Assembly (NCBI GenBank): GCA_000165425.1 | Contig: CT868680.1 | Location: 1 to 64,000 of the forward strand | Origin: Paramecium tetraurelia | Lineage: Eukaryota | Reading direction: 5' to 3' | DNA length: 64,000 nucleotides | Shown: positions 16,072-30,090 of the stretch, in pieces | How positions within the stretch are numbered: the stretch's first letter is position 1 | Layout of the letters: the number at the start of each line of letters is the position of its first letter | The notes under the pieces: model-generated | Database searches by the model: none | What the model was told of the DNA's origin: nothing | What the model saw: only the letters and a program-made list of their open reading frames with translations | Program-made: the position numbers and the translations under genes

Positions 16072-16715
16072 ATGGTAACAAATATCACTAATAATCATGT
16101 TAGGGAGTTGATGCATATAAGAAGACAAGAGTACAAAGAAATGTTTAAAGAAAGGTGACCTCAACAAACCTTTATTTGAAATTGTTAATCAAGGTATTTT
16201 AATAATTGATTTGAATCCTAGCTATATAAATTCTTAGCCAGAAGAACAGATTCAAATTTCAATGCAACAGTCTTAAGAAGACTCTAATAAACAAGAACAG
16301 CCAGATATCCAATTAGTGTTAGCAGACTTGTTAAATAAATTAATACAGCCAAAGACAAGACTAGAACACTTGTTGTCGTAGGCACTGTCACAGATGAGTA
16401 ATTATTTGTAAAAAAGCATTAGTGTGCGTCTCCTCACTGTACCCAAGATCAACGTGTGTGCTTTGAGATTCACTGAGACTGCAAGAAAGAGAATTCTTGC
16501 CGCCGGTGGAAAGGTCTTGACATTCGATCAATTAGCACAATAAAACCCAACAGGTATATAAATAATATAATATTCAAGGCACTGGAACAATCTTATTGAG
16601 AGGACCAAGAGTCAGAGAAGAATTGAAGCATTTTGGCAGAGCATCAGGATTACCAGGATCACATGCTAAGCCATATGTCAGCCACACTGCAAGAAGAGGA
16701 AAGGGTGCAAGATGA
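16072..16715 (+). CDS. RPL18: 60S ribosomal protein eL18
   Basis: [63 protein letters not shown]. First intron lies directly after the ATG. Confidence 0.96.
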
Positions 16716-17166
16716 TTGTTCTTTTTAAGTACATTAATATATAAAAACATCGTAATCATTTAATCAAATATTATTCACATAAATATTGGTTTTAATTCCC
16801 ATTAGAATTTATATCATAAAACAAACACAAATTACCATTCCTTATTCTTGTTCCTATTACCACTTTTATTTCATCTGTGTATATATATTACTTCATAATT
16901 ATTCAACTAAAAATAGAATCTGCTATTTTGAATGAATTGAAGTAACATAATAATATAATTGCTAATAAATATTAAAGGATTCTAATATCCATTAATACCA
17001 TTTGTATTTCTATTATAAACTCAATCACTTTTATATAAGTAGTATTATAATCATCTGGTTGTTCTTAAATATTATGCTAACCTTGAAGATATAATGAAAA
17101 ACAATGTAGAGTTGATAGTTAATAAAATGAGAATCAAAATGAAGAAATACAATTAAATAAATTAAG

Positions 17167-18078
17167 TCATTCTGTTTGTTAATGCTTTAATAGGTACTAA
17201 GTTAAGGCGTTATCATTTTGTAAATTTAAGAAGTGTCCTCTTAATTGGGCTAATTCAAGCCAGTGCTGCCATGACTTTTTATTCAATTCTTTATTTCCAT
17301 TATATTTAAATCTGGTGATCATCATCTTCCAATGACATTCCAATTAAAGCATACAAAATGAATAATTAGCTATTTCTGTCAATCCTGATATTTTGATGAT
17401 TTATTGAAGGGTGAATGGTACACTATGCATTAGTAATTTTGGATTTTAGAGGATCTTTCCTATGTATAATCTGATAGTTTCCATCAACAAGGCCTCTTCT
17501 CCAGGCCATAACCTTCTATTTTTGCCTTATCCATATAATATATTTAATCCGTCAATAATTTCATGATATGCGATGTTTCTGGGGATGGGGAAGTTCTTTT
17601 TGTTCCTTTCTATTTATTTCCTTTCATCTTGTGGTAAAGTTGGTATCCAAGCCTACAGAATTGATTGATTGGTCTTATTTAGAAATGTCTAACCTTAGGG
17701 TAGATATTATAGTATAACATCTGATTGATCCTTTGTGTGATCTAATAAAATAAGTTATTTATTGAGGTCGTTCATTTGAGTATATTATCTATGAACATTT
17801 GAACTTTTATTCGTTAACATAGGTTTTCTGATTTGGAATTCTTTCTTTAATATATCCACTGTTTAAGCACACTGAACATCCTTATATTACCGACTTCTGG
17901 AGACGCTAACAATCGCAGAATCAGCTAGGTTGCTATTGTGATGCAATAGACTTAAGTCTAATTATATGTTCGCCTAAGGTTATGTGTGTCTTTTTCGAGG
18001 AGTTGAATTTCTTCTGTTAGACTATGGGCCTCGTAAACATTGATAAAAGAATGAGTTATTCTAAAAATTAAGGTCCAT
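17167..18078 (-). CDS. Hypothetical protein
   Basis: ORF from MDLNFQNNSF to YLLKHQQTE-TGA in ciliate code. Confidence 0.6.
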
Positions 18079-18114
18079 TGAAATTAAATAAATATATGAA
18101 CATTAGTTTTATAA

Positions 18115-19373
18115 TCATTTTTCTACATCCATTTTAGTGCCTTTATTTAGTGATTTTTATATCTCTTTGGTGATTAAATGATGCTTCTTTTTGCTAATTA
18201 ATTTTTTTAATTGATCTTTATGATCTTATTTAAGTTGATACAATTCACAGACCCTCAAAATCATTTGATGCCAAATAACTGGCATTTCTCTTTGATCATT
18301 CTCATATCTCATAAAATATTTAATCACTTCATCTAAAGCCTAAAATATTGTTAAATAATACTCTCTCTGGTAGAGAAAACTTCTTTTCAATTAACACCTT
18401 CAAAATCACAGCCACTGGACCAGTAAAATCTAACTAGGCAACTTTAAAGATGGCAATTGAACCATGAATAGGTGGAACATGTAACTAGAATATCAAATTA
18501 AGTGATTTACTTTATGAATAACACTACCGATAATTTATGCTTCTTTTAGTGTAAAATCCTTCTCTAAACACAATGGGAATAATATTGATCTGAACCATGC
18601 TTATGGCTTATACATAGCTTTAATTAATGCATTGTATAAATGGACATTTAACCTTTTATCTTCTTGAATGCTTAATCTGATTGCAGGTAATATAACAGTG
18701 GAATATAAATATTCAGTTTGTTATCTATCTAATGCAGATGAAAATATTTTAGTAGCTGCAAAGATTGCTTGAGGTGACCATTCTGAAGGTTTGGTTAATT
18801 CGAACACTTGTTTCCAATGTTCCAATTTGGGAATGAGATGGAATGGTTATGGTAATTTACCTGATCTGTATGTTTTCATCAATTCTGCAACACTATAAAA
18901 TATAAATTTATTCTTTACTTTTCATAGACACATACTACTTTTGGATTATTCATTATATTTTCATGGTGTTTCTTATTTTCATCATCTTGTAATCCTTTTT
19001 AGAAATCTTCAATAATTTAATTAGTTTTAGTATCATTTCCAACCATAAATTATGATAAGATTTATTCATCTTCAGGTGATATCTTTAATGAATCAATTAT
19101 GAATGTATTTGGTAATTCAAGTACATCATCATGTTCTTCATGTTATTCTTGTTGCTTGTCTTTTGGTTTTCTAGTTTATTTTTGAGTTTCTCGTTTGATT
19201 CTTCTTAACTCTCTCATTCCTTTCTTTTTCTCTCCTAGTCTTCTCAAAAGCTTTCCTGGTTATTATGTTAATGCAGTGGCACTGATAAAACCAACTTTTT
19301 TATTTGATTATTTTAGAACTCCTTGAGATGTACGTAAGACTCTTTGTTTTTTTGCTGTCTTTTTAATTACCAT
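18115..19373 (-). CDS. BYSL: Bystin / Enp1 pre-40S assembly factor
   Basis: YRSGKLPQPFHLIP..W..TKPSEWSPQAIFAATKIFSS, KALYKPQAWFRSILFPL, MPVIWHQ. Confidence 0.92.
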
Positions 19374-19406
19374 TAATTATATTAATATAAAATGTGAATG
19401 TATAAT

Positions 19407-21695
19407 TCAAGGCAATATTCCATTAGTTCTCTTCTGAAAATTGTCATATTAAGCAGTTCTCCAACTTGATAAACTTTAATTTATCAATCTATCCACTAGA
19501 CCCATAATCTGTATATATAATAATGTTCATACTTCTTAATCAGTTGCATTCAATTAAAATCTATTGGTGAATGCCTTCAAATCCAAATTACCAAAGCAAG
19601 GCAAATCAGATTTCTCCACCATTATCTTAAAGAAATTCTCGATTTCTATAACATATTTCTTCAATGCTAAGAATCCTTTGGTCATCAAGGTTTTGAAATA
19701 TCCGAAATAGTCACTTTCTCTCCCCTTCATTAATTCCACATATTCTTGAGTCAATTTAAAAGGGGCTGATTCAAAATTAACTCCGCCTGGGGAGGTTTAC
19801 AATAAGAAACCAAAATCAATGTGAATAATATGGCCTCTATCATCTATTAACAAGTTTCCATTGTGTCTATCCTTAATCTATCAATTCAGTAGCATTGATT
19901 TATACCTACATCAAATAAGAAAACAATGAATAGCTGGCTAAACTTTCAATGAAATTCTTCTATGCTTCTTCAAAAGAATTCCCGAAAACTTCCTAATAAA
20001 TTTAGTAGAGAGTCTTGGTACCATTTCCAAACATTTTCTTGAGGGAATCAATTGATGTTGTATTTGGAATATACTCTATTGATACACATATTCAATACCA
20101 ACAATTCCAGAGTTAGCTGAAGTGACAATAATTTGATAGGGTCTTAAATAGAGTTTCAAATCTGATTCTTTAAATATCCTATTGAACTATTTCATCATTT
20201 AAATTGCGAACATTTCTTGTCTGAGATCATCTCCTCCCTTAATAATAATTGGTCTAATCTTGAAGGATGGAAAGTTTTGGTATCTTGATTCTTTTTTGTA
20301 ATTCTGTATTTTTTCTTCCCAACTCTATGTTAATTATATATTGAATTTACTTATTCCCATAATTGAAAGTTTCTCTTCTTGAATTTCTTGAGCATATATA
20401 ATTTTTCTACTGGCAGTATCATTTATAGTTATTTCTAAAATTCTTGATATTTTTCCTCATTCTTTTCTTATGATCTTGATTTACGTTGATTTTACGGTTA
20501 TCTGGTAGATTGTAATGATAACAATCTCTTGCGTTGAAATGAGTCTTACTATTATTATTCCATCTTCTTTTTGTCTTAATCATCAGAGATTTATTGTTTC
20601 TAAAATTATCAATTGATATTACTTTGACTTATTTTTACATATATTGATCGATGCTTTACATGATCTAACTCTATCTCTTTCCTTTCTTCTCCATCTTCAT
20701 AATCTTCTCTAGTGCCTCATGATATAATTTTTATTCTTCCACATCTATTTATGCCATTTGTCTTTCAAATCCCTAATCGTTCAATTATGCTTCTATATAA
20801 CCAGCTACCTCAATATTTGGCTACAATTGTGCTGGTATAACCTGATATTGATTCATTTCTATGGGACTATCTCTAATAACCCAAATAGTTACTTGATTGT
20901 TTCTACGAGTATCAAATAGGGCACTCTTTTTTTTGTATGGAAACAAATTTGATGTTTTTCCAAAATATTTACAATGCAATATGAATTACTCTGTTATTTA
21001 TCATCATCATAAAAGGGCAGAGATATTCCAAGTTAGAATTTCTTAACTATTCTCTATAAACTTTAATTCTGTTTTTGAATGAGTAATTTGAGATGATGTT
21101 TGCGATCCTCTCTTGCAAATTCCTTCAATACTAAGGAGTGCTTAATCAAGGTTCCCATAAACTTTTGGACTTCTGTGAAGTATTCTTATCTTAGGTCTTT
21201 TTCTTGAAAATCTCTTAATAAGATTTTATTTTATTCTTCTTAATCTAGTGATTCAAATCTCTTCTCATTGAATTAGCCATTCACCATTGCCATTTCCATT
21301 TACTAACATTAATGCTCATATCGTTACTCTTAAGAATTGATCGATCTTCTACTTCTTCTTCTTTTGCTTCTCCAATTGCAGATAAGCCCCCAATAACCAA
21401 TACAGCTTTAAGGTTCATATAAATAACGTACATTAAAAAACATAGACATCGACTGACTGCATTATTGCTTAAAGAAATCAAAAAGTTATTAAACTTCAGT
21501 TTTAATAAGCAATTAACAAAATTAAGGAGAATAAAATGTTATTGTCTTCTCCGGTATTTTGTTCAGACGTTCTGCTAGTAAATTCAACACATCAGGTTAA
21601 TCCCTATATTTGGAGATATTTTGCAAAAGCATCTCAGGAGTAAAGTATTCTGATTCAAAGAAATTCTTCAAACTATTCAATTTATCAGCATTCAT
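19407..21695 (-). CDS. Phosphatidylinositol 4-kinase (type III beta / Pik1-like)
   Basis: IIIKGGDDLRQEMFA, SIDSLRK, FIESLASYS, IKDRHNGNLL, HIDFGF, PGGVNFESAPFKLT, ends TNGILP-TGA. Confidence 0.95.
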
Positions 21696-21788
21696 TTAAT
21701 AATTAATAATATTATATTCAAGCTGTTTTACGAGATATCAAACTAAGAATCACACTACTTTCAATTATATTTAATAATAAAATATAAA

Positions 21789-22543
21789 ATGACTCAAAAC
21801 AATGAGGAATTGCCTTTCAATCCCTTCAACCCTATTAAAACATACAGACTCTATTCCTCAAGGAGTCAAACCATTCATCAAACAAATAGGCAGAATTCTG
21901 TTCAATTGGTTAAACAATAAAATGGTTCCACCAATCCCTATAATCAAATGGGAATCACTAATTATGCATTGTTTATAAGAAACTCTGAAAACAAAGGATT
22001 GAAATCAGATCAAAATTTCCAAGCCTACATCTAGAGATTGGAAGAAAACAGAAAACTGTCTAAGAACTTAATCCAAAAAACAAAACAGCAACAAAAACAT
22101 GAGTCAATGTAAACTCAATAATTCGAAGATGATACTAAGAAGACTAGTCATGGACCTTAAATTAAAAATACAGCTAAGGATCAAAAGAAGGAGAAGTTTT
22201 AACATCAGATCACTGAAATGATTGCAGAAATAAAGAGTCCCTTTTATAAGAAGGGAAGGTACTTATTGAATGAGGACAAAGACAAAGAAAAGAAATTGGC
22301 AAAACCATTATTTTATGGAATCCAAAATCAAACTAAATAATAACAAAGACGAAAACTGGTCTTCTCTTAAATTGATATAAACAAATGTATCAGCAATATC
22401 GTATTTTAGTAAGATACAAGATCTTTTTTGATGATTACAATCCATTATCACGAATGGTCACTAGTCAATAAAGTTAGTAGAAGGAAGAAACAGTCAATGA
22501 ATCACCACTAAAAACAGACTAATAATTCTTTATTGAATAATGA
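21789..22543 (+). CDS. Hypothetical protein
   Basis: ORF from MTQNNEELPFNPFN, one 23-nt intron, TGA at 22541. Confidence 0.7.
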
Positions 22544-22576
22544 ACTATATTAATATACTTTGTAATGTAAGAATGT

Positions 22577-23468
22577 TCATTGCGATGTCTTTTTTAACTC
22601 TTCCAATTCAAAAGCTTTCTTAATAGCCTCCGTATTGATGTTTTGATTTTATTCCGACTTGTCCTCCTCCAATTGTTCTCAAAAGTTCATGGTTTTCATT
22701 GTAATGTTATCTCAAGTCACGAGCCTTACAATTTTATTTAATTAATTACTAAATTATCGAATTCTGCTTGATCCTCTTTTCTGACATCAGTCAAAGCAAC
22801 ACAAGTAGCTGTTTTCTGATGAACCAATGCTCCCAATCTGGCCTTGTCTAAGATAGAATGATTAACATCTATACTTTTAATGAAACAGAAGGGAACTTCT
22901 TGTCTTCTGCATAATTAGGGTAACCAGACTACTAATTCAATTGGATCTACATCATAAGCTATTAACCACTAGTTTTGCTTTTTTAGTAGTTCGACCAATG
23001 TAGTGACATGATTAAAGACCAAATTTCAAGACTTTACACTTTCTTTTGATTCTCCCTTTTAAGCTTATGCTTTTTATTCAGCCAACTTTGTTAGTCTTTG
23101 TTTCTTTTCAGTTTTTGTTTCTGGTGAGTATTTCTTCAATAAACTCAAGACTTTAGAAGCTGATAAGTTTAGATATGGGTATTTTACATTAATTTTTATC
23201 TAATGTTCTGCTGAATTAATGGATTGCAGCTGGCACTTTGATTCTTTGAAGTAAGATTTTCTTTTATCTATGCAACAAGATGTATCTAGGCCATCTAACA
23301 TATCTGGATAGATCTCGTTTTGGTTGAACATCATTGCCAATTCTGAAACTTTTAGCATCCTTAACAAATAAGGGATTCTTTTTTCTGTCAGCAACTCTCT
23401 TTTATTATTTCTTAGCTTTAGATGTTTTTGGAGCTTTAGGCTTTGAATACAAATATATTTAATACCAT
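22577..23468 (-). CDS. RPL7A: 60S ribosomal protein eL8 (L7a) with several apparent small insertions
   Basis: [65 protein letters not shown]. Frame is broken near 23010-23050, 22960-22995 and about 22632. Confidence 0.93.
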
Positions 23469-23647
23469 TTTAATATCTTTTTAAATAAAAAATAATATAT
23501 ATATATGGATAATGATTATTCATGTATTAATATGTATTTATTTTTGTGGTTTCTGTATAAGTTCTTTAGGGATTGGAATATATATAGGGATGCATATGAT
23601 TATTAAATAAAATTCTAATAAAAAATAAGATTGATATTAATAAATAA

Positions 23648-24326
23648 ATGGATACTAATAAGTTAAGAAGTTCAGGTTATCAATTATCAGACAGAGTTTA
23701 ATTTGGAGGAGTCTTCGAGCCAGAGAAATGCAAACAAATCGCAAAGCAAGTGATGGAGTTGTACGATGCAAACAAGGATGGTTATATTGAATAAAACGAA
23801 ATTGCCATGATGTTATCAGATGCCTATAGAGCCATGAATAAAGGATTCAATCCAACTTCTCAGGATGTTTCAAATTGCTAGGCCATTTTAGATAGTAAGT
23901 TTATGGATATTTTAAGGGAAATCGACTGGACGTGTTCACACAGAGGATGTTGAATAATTGGTATAGAAGTATTTCTTCTGGACAACCACCAGCTTAACCA
24001 GTCAAGAGAGTGCCAGAGAAGTTTGTCAAGAATAGCACAAGAAAGATTGGAGGTGGCCAGACGTATCTTCAAGTTCGTGGACAAAGATGGATCAGGATTT
24101 TTGACTGAGGAGGAAGTAACAGAATTGTATCTATAAAATATAGGTGCCAGAGTTATTGAAGGAAACTTACAAGCACATGGGAATGAACGATTATCAACCA
24201 ACAAAGGAGGATGTGACCATTTGGATTTAGATGACTGACACTGATGGGGATGGTAAGGTGACTTTAGAGGACTATGAACAATTGGTTTTGGATTCATTGA
24301 GAAAACAAGGAATCAGTTTGGAATGA
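23648..24326 (+). CDS. Four-EF-hand Ca2+-binding protein
   Basis: DANKDGYIEQNE, DKDGSGFLTEEE and DTDGDGKVTLED loops. The two halves need a frame correction near 23960-24020. Confidence 0.88.
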
Positions 24327-24366
24327 TTTAATAAATAAGTAGAATATATATAATAGTAATTGCACT

Positions 24367-24624
24367 TCAAAGCAATAATTAAACTGGACTAATTACTGAG
24401 GGTGACTCTAAATAAGTATTGATGTAATGGTTGAGTTTTAATTTGCGCTTCTGTTGGAATTATTTCATTTTTCTGCATTCAACGTACAATTCTTGCTCGG
24501 AGTAATTGCATTCTTCAAGGAATTTGTTCATTTCGAACTCCTTGAAGAAGTTTTCGAGATCCAATGATTGGCGTGTGTTTGACTTATAACTAAACTCTGG
24601 CAAATTGACCATTTGAAGTGACAT
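24367..24624 (-). CDS. Small 85-aa hypothetical protein
   Basis: Intronless ATG..TGA ORF from MSLQMVNLPEFSYK to SPVQLLL, more GC-rich than its flanks. Confidence 0.7.
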
Positions 24625-24809
24625 TAATGTTTCGGTTAAAAATTAATTATTAAATTATTATATCTCCGATTAAGCTATATATGCAACACACACTCCTCTT
24701 TGTTGAATGCATTAATTTATAATCGATAAAACTAAAAAGAAAATGTATATGTTAACTATATTATTAATTAAATATTTGAATTTTTGTATATAAAGACTAT
24801 TCATCATTA

Positions 24810-26972
24810 ATGAGTACGCTGTCCACCATTTGTCAGAAACACATCAAACACATAGAAGGTACCTTATCAACAAAATACTTAGCATTCTGTTCCGATGATT
24901 GTTCTTTGCTATGCATTAACTGCATCCTCTACGATGGTCACAAAGGCCATTAGTTTCAATCCTTAGAAGATGTATTCCCTATCTTCTATTTAGAGTTTAC
25001 GATTGGAATTGAATAGATTCTACTCCATCTCTGAAAACGTCCAATAGAATCACTAGAAAGCCATTAAACAATTTCAATAGTTAGCATAGATGAATGACCA
25101 ACTAGACATCGACTATCAAAGACTCAACATCGAAATCACAAAATTCTTCAATGCAATTCGTCAATCCATTCAAGAACGAGAATCCAAACTTCAAGAACAA
25201 GTATCCTACATCCCTACCTATCTATTAGTTAAATCAGTCACTCCTCAACTAGAGGCAACAGATCTCTCAAAACCAATCAAAGCTCCAACTCCAATTATAA
25301 GATATTAATGATTATTTGCAAGAATTATCAGAGTTAGATGAAAAGTCTTAGGATCCTATAAAATTCTTATAGACAACTCAAAATAGAACTAAACTCATCA
25401 ATAAGTTACCAAAATCCATAGTTACAATTGATTAGACAATTAAATTTCCTGAATTAAATAAAGAATAGGAGAATCAAAACCTTATTAAAGTATTATCAAA
25501 AAAAGTTAACACTCAACAAGTCTTACCTCCTCCGCCTACTTAATAGACTGCATCCACTCAACAAAAAATAGTTTAATCCATAAAAAAATAGAGTAGTAAC
25601 AATTAGTAGTAGCAGTCATATAACGCTCAATATCAATAATAATAGAATTAAATCCTTTAACTGTAATCGCAATAATAACAACAAAAAAAAATGAACTAAT
25701 CAAAAAAGGTGCCATTATGTGAAACCAATGGACCTTGTGCAGTGTAGATTAATTTAAAAAAGAAGGTTGAGGAAAAACAAAATAATTAAGTTAGATTGAC
25801 TAACTTTCATGAGGCTAGAAATTAAATGAAAGAGAGGAACTATGAAAAAAGCATTGAAAGGAGGAAGGATAGAGATCACAGTACTCCTAGGAGATTATTC
25901 AAGAATCAATCAAAAGTTAGTTAAGATCCCTAATCTCCTTTTTTGAATTAGGATGATTCAAAATAAGAGATCAATACATTCCTAAATTCAATCCATGATT
26001 TTGAACCTGAATTAACGAATGTTAGTCATATGTCAATGGATTATCAGTATATCACAATAGGTGGTTTTGTTGATAGTTTAAAATAAATAGTTGAGAAATA
26101 CGATATAAAAACAGATTATCCTAGTGAGAAAGATTAATTAAAAAATAATAGATGTAAATTTGGAATTGCACATTTAATTAATGGGAATGTTCTATTAATG
26201 GGTGGAAAAGTCGATGGAGTTCGTATTGATACTTGTGAGGAATATAATTATAAGGATAAAAAGGTTATTCCATCAAAAATCAAGTTGCCATCATCAAGAA
26301 GTGGATTTGGCACTTTGAATGTGAACCAATTTATTTATGTGATTGGTGGAAATGATGGTTAAGGTAATTAATATTATCAAACGTTTTAGAGAATTTAAAG
26401 GATTTCGATTGCTTTAATTAGATTGACAATAATTGGATTAAATTCCCATCTATGATTGAAGCCAGAGATGAGTTGGCTGTTTGCATGTATGAAAATGCCA
26501 TCTTTGCCATAGGAGGATTCGGTGGTCAATGTAATAGTATTTCATCATTCTTTTTAGTCAACACTTGTCTAAAAACCGTCGAGGTGTTTACTTCAGGTAA
26601 ATGGGGTCATTGTGCTCCATTAAATATACCAAGAAGAGCATTAGCAGGTGTGTCATTACCTGATGGTATATATGCTATAGGGGGATTTGATGGGACATAA
26701 TATTTGAATAGTGTCGAAAAGTATGAGGATGGCCGATGGACCTTAATAGAGTCTATGATTCATCCGAGATGCACACTGTCAGCTTTGGCAACTCCTGATA
26801 ATTAATACATTTATGTATTTGGAGGGTTTGATAATGGTCCTCTGGATTCTGTTGAAAAGTAAGTTTAGAGTTTATATTTTAAAGGTATTCAGTGTTGAGT
26901 GGAAATTGGGAAGAAATAAATTCATTGATGGCCAAGAGATTTATGCATTAGACTTTTATTACACTTGTATGA
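24810..26972 (+). CDS. B-box zinc finger / coiled-coil / Kelch-repeat protein
   Basis: CQKH..AFCSDDCSLLCINC..GHKGH B-box; Kelch repeats IYVIGGNDG, IFAIGGFGG, IYAIGGFDG, IYVFGGFD. Confidence 0.9.
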
Positions 26973-27043
26973 TTCTTTTAAAATAAATCATATATATATA
27001 TCATAATTAAAATTTGAGAATGGATTGGATATATAAATAATAA

Positions 27044-28239
27044 TCATTTTAGTTTTTATTTGTTGACAACCTAAATCATATTGGTAGTTTGATCTATTTG
27101 CTTGGATTGTTAGACTTAATTAACAATTCTTCTTTCTGCCAATAATTTCTTTTGCAACTCAATACTTTGAGAATAGAGATTGGAGAGTTTCATCTCTTTC
27201 ATTGATTCGAAAGATTAATCACAATCATCAAATGCATAAAGTTCTGAAGGATCATCAAAGTTTGAAAGAATATGATAGCTTTTTCTGCTTTTCAAAGGGT
27301 TCCCGAAATACTCTTTTTAATCTTCTTGTTTTTACTAAAACCTTTCAATCAACATCTACCCATGAATGTATTTAAATAGTTGCACATCCTTAATCGAAGG
27401 AGGTGCCTTCTTATTCTATAAATTGATGTCAAACTCAGTGAAATACTTGCGATGTTTTCTGTCGGAGATGATTTTCAATTTTGCCTTTCGTTTTTATTTG
27501 AATTCAATGGAATGCAAGGCATCTTGTTATTGTTTAAAATACTGTTCGACATGATCCTAGACTTCTAATGATGTTGTCTACTTCAAACAGAACTAGGTCT
27601 GAGATTTTATAAGCTTTTAGTTCTTGTTGAATTTTAACTTAATCCCAGATTTGCTGTAATCATAGAGTTTTGTTGGCTCGCATTATCTGACTCCATCTAT
27701 TCGATCAGTCAATAAATCCTTCGATTTTATCTTGGCTATGTGATCTACTATGTGATTATTCAATTGAGAGAACATTCTGCTTCCTTTCAAGTTAGATTCG
27801 AGCTTCAAGGACTAAATTAAAGATAAATAAAACTGCTTACTTCTCTTAGTTTAATGTTTGTATTAATCAATGTTCTCACTTTTGTGAATCTTCTTTCCAC
27901 CTATTCCTTTCTTAATTGTTGCTCCTCCTTTTGTTTATGGAATTCTTACTCCAATTAGGTTAATCGTTTCCTCTTAGTCACAGCATTCATATCCTTTACT
28001 AATTTGTTTGCAGAGTACTTCCCATCAAGAAACAATCTAAACTTCTGTAAATTGACCTTGTCATATTGGAATGCATTAGGTATATCAATAGGACAATATT
28101 TAGCCATTTCATCGCTATTCCATTTTCTCTTTTTCTATTGGATTGTCTATCTCTCTGCTTAGGGACTGTGTATTTCAGAAGGATATAGTTTAGAGTGAAT
28201 AGTTGTTTGAAGTTCAGATTCTGCATTCTAGCATTTCAT
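27044..28239 (-). CDS. Hypothetical coiled-coil protein (3' end approximate)
   Basis: Long ciliate-code frame from MKCQNAESE with tiny introns. Confidence 0.6.
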
Positions 28240-28407
28240 AATCAAATTTCGTAATTAAGTAATATAAAAATTAAATCATTTATTCAATGACATTACTTTT
28301 AAGGCATTTGAAGGACATATAACTAATATTATTGAATAAAATTAAAAACAAGTTCTGAATATGAATTATTGATAGAAATATTTATTTATTTTGTAATAAT
28401 CTCAAAG

Positions 28408-29961
28408 ATGGGTATATGTGCGCCGAAATAACTAAAAAAGACAAGAGAATATTATTCAATGCCAAAATAGCACCCACAGATCCTAGAGCCCCAAAAGCTC
28501 CAAGAGCCCTTACAGCACCACGAACAGATATATATGTTAGATAAGGAATCAAATATTTAACATATGTAGAAATATAATATTCCTCCTGATAACTAGAGCA
28601 ATCATATCCAATAATAATAAATTGTTGAAAGGGGGAATTCTATTTATAAGCAAAATTAAAATACCAGTCAAATTCTAATAAGTGATGTATGTAAAAAATG
28701 CCAGAAGCACATTGGTGAAGCATAAAAAGTGGTAATTCAATCTTGTAATCATCTTTATGATATTAATTGCTTTACGGATCATTTCAAAGAACATAAAACT
28801 TGCTGTACTGAAACAAAAATAATAATAAATTAAGCAAAATATCCAAAAGCCTAGGTTAATGAAATAATGAAGCATAAATTGAAATAATTAATAGCAAATA
28901 TTAAAAACAATATAGTTGTGCAATGTCCAACATAATTTTGTTCATTTTTATTTATTTACAGAAAAGAATATAATAAAAATTAAAAGAAAAAATTCTATTG
29001 CCAAAGATGTTAATAAGAGATGGTATATGATGGAAAAATGTGTAAATTTATCGATTTATAAACTGTGTAAAACGATAATAACGTAAGTGATACCTAAATA
29101 TATTTAAAATTAGAAACCATTTAATTTGGATGTTAAATTTAAGATCATTTGAGAGTGTCAACTAATTAAATTATTCTGCCTTGTAATCATGATTGGTGCA
29201 AGAAATGCTTGTTTGTAAATTATAAGGATTGCCTGACAGCTGTATGTCATTGTGGTCATCGGTATCCTAAAAATATTTTTGATTAAATAAGTGATAAAGA
29301 AGAATGGAATGATATCTATGATAGATAGTTATAAATAATAATGTGGGAGTCAAAATATAGTTGGCAATTTTGTAAGAACAATTGTGGTTTCTTTTTTGAA
29401 TGTAAAAATATGGACGACGATTGTTATTGCATCAAATGTGATTCAATTAAAACTTGTAACAAATGCAAAAAAGAGATTTACTCCCAATATATCTAAGTAA
29501 ATTAATGCAACCACTATTACCATTTGCTATGTTCATTTAGTCTATTGATGGAGAATAATCTTAAGAATCTAAGTTGTTTGTGCAATTAAAAGATAGATAA
29601 TGATATAAAAGTTGAAATGAATATCATTTGTATCATATGCTAGAAATACGAAGATAATTTGATCATGCTCTAATGTTGCCATTTCATTCACTAAGAATGT
29701 TTGGAGAACAACTTATAGGCATTTTCATCGTTTAGATGCAATGTTTGTCTAATCCCAATTGACAATATTATTTATGAACCGAGATTATTGTCTATTAGAG
29801 ATAAATTAATATCGATGAAAAAATATTCTAATTAGAATAATTTACTTAAATCTGATATTGTTTTCTAGAATAAATAAGAAGCAAATTTAGTTGGCAATTA
29901 ACAATTACAATAATATCATAATTAATAGGTTATAATTAACAACAATTATGGTTACAAATGA
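28408..29961 (+). CDS. Multi-zinc-finger RING/IBR-like protein, possible E3 ligase
   Basis: MGIC N-terminus; repeated CxxC clusters; C-terminal RING CIIC..CCHFIHQEC..CNVC. Confidence 0.75.
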
Positions 29962-30090
29962 TTTAGTAATCTCAATTTTCATCTATTGTCTATTTAATGG
30001 TATAGAAATATAAGATTGAATAGATATGTATTGAATTTATTAAAATATAGTTTAAACTAAATATATATATTTATAAATTTATTAACAAGA

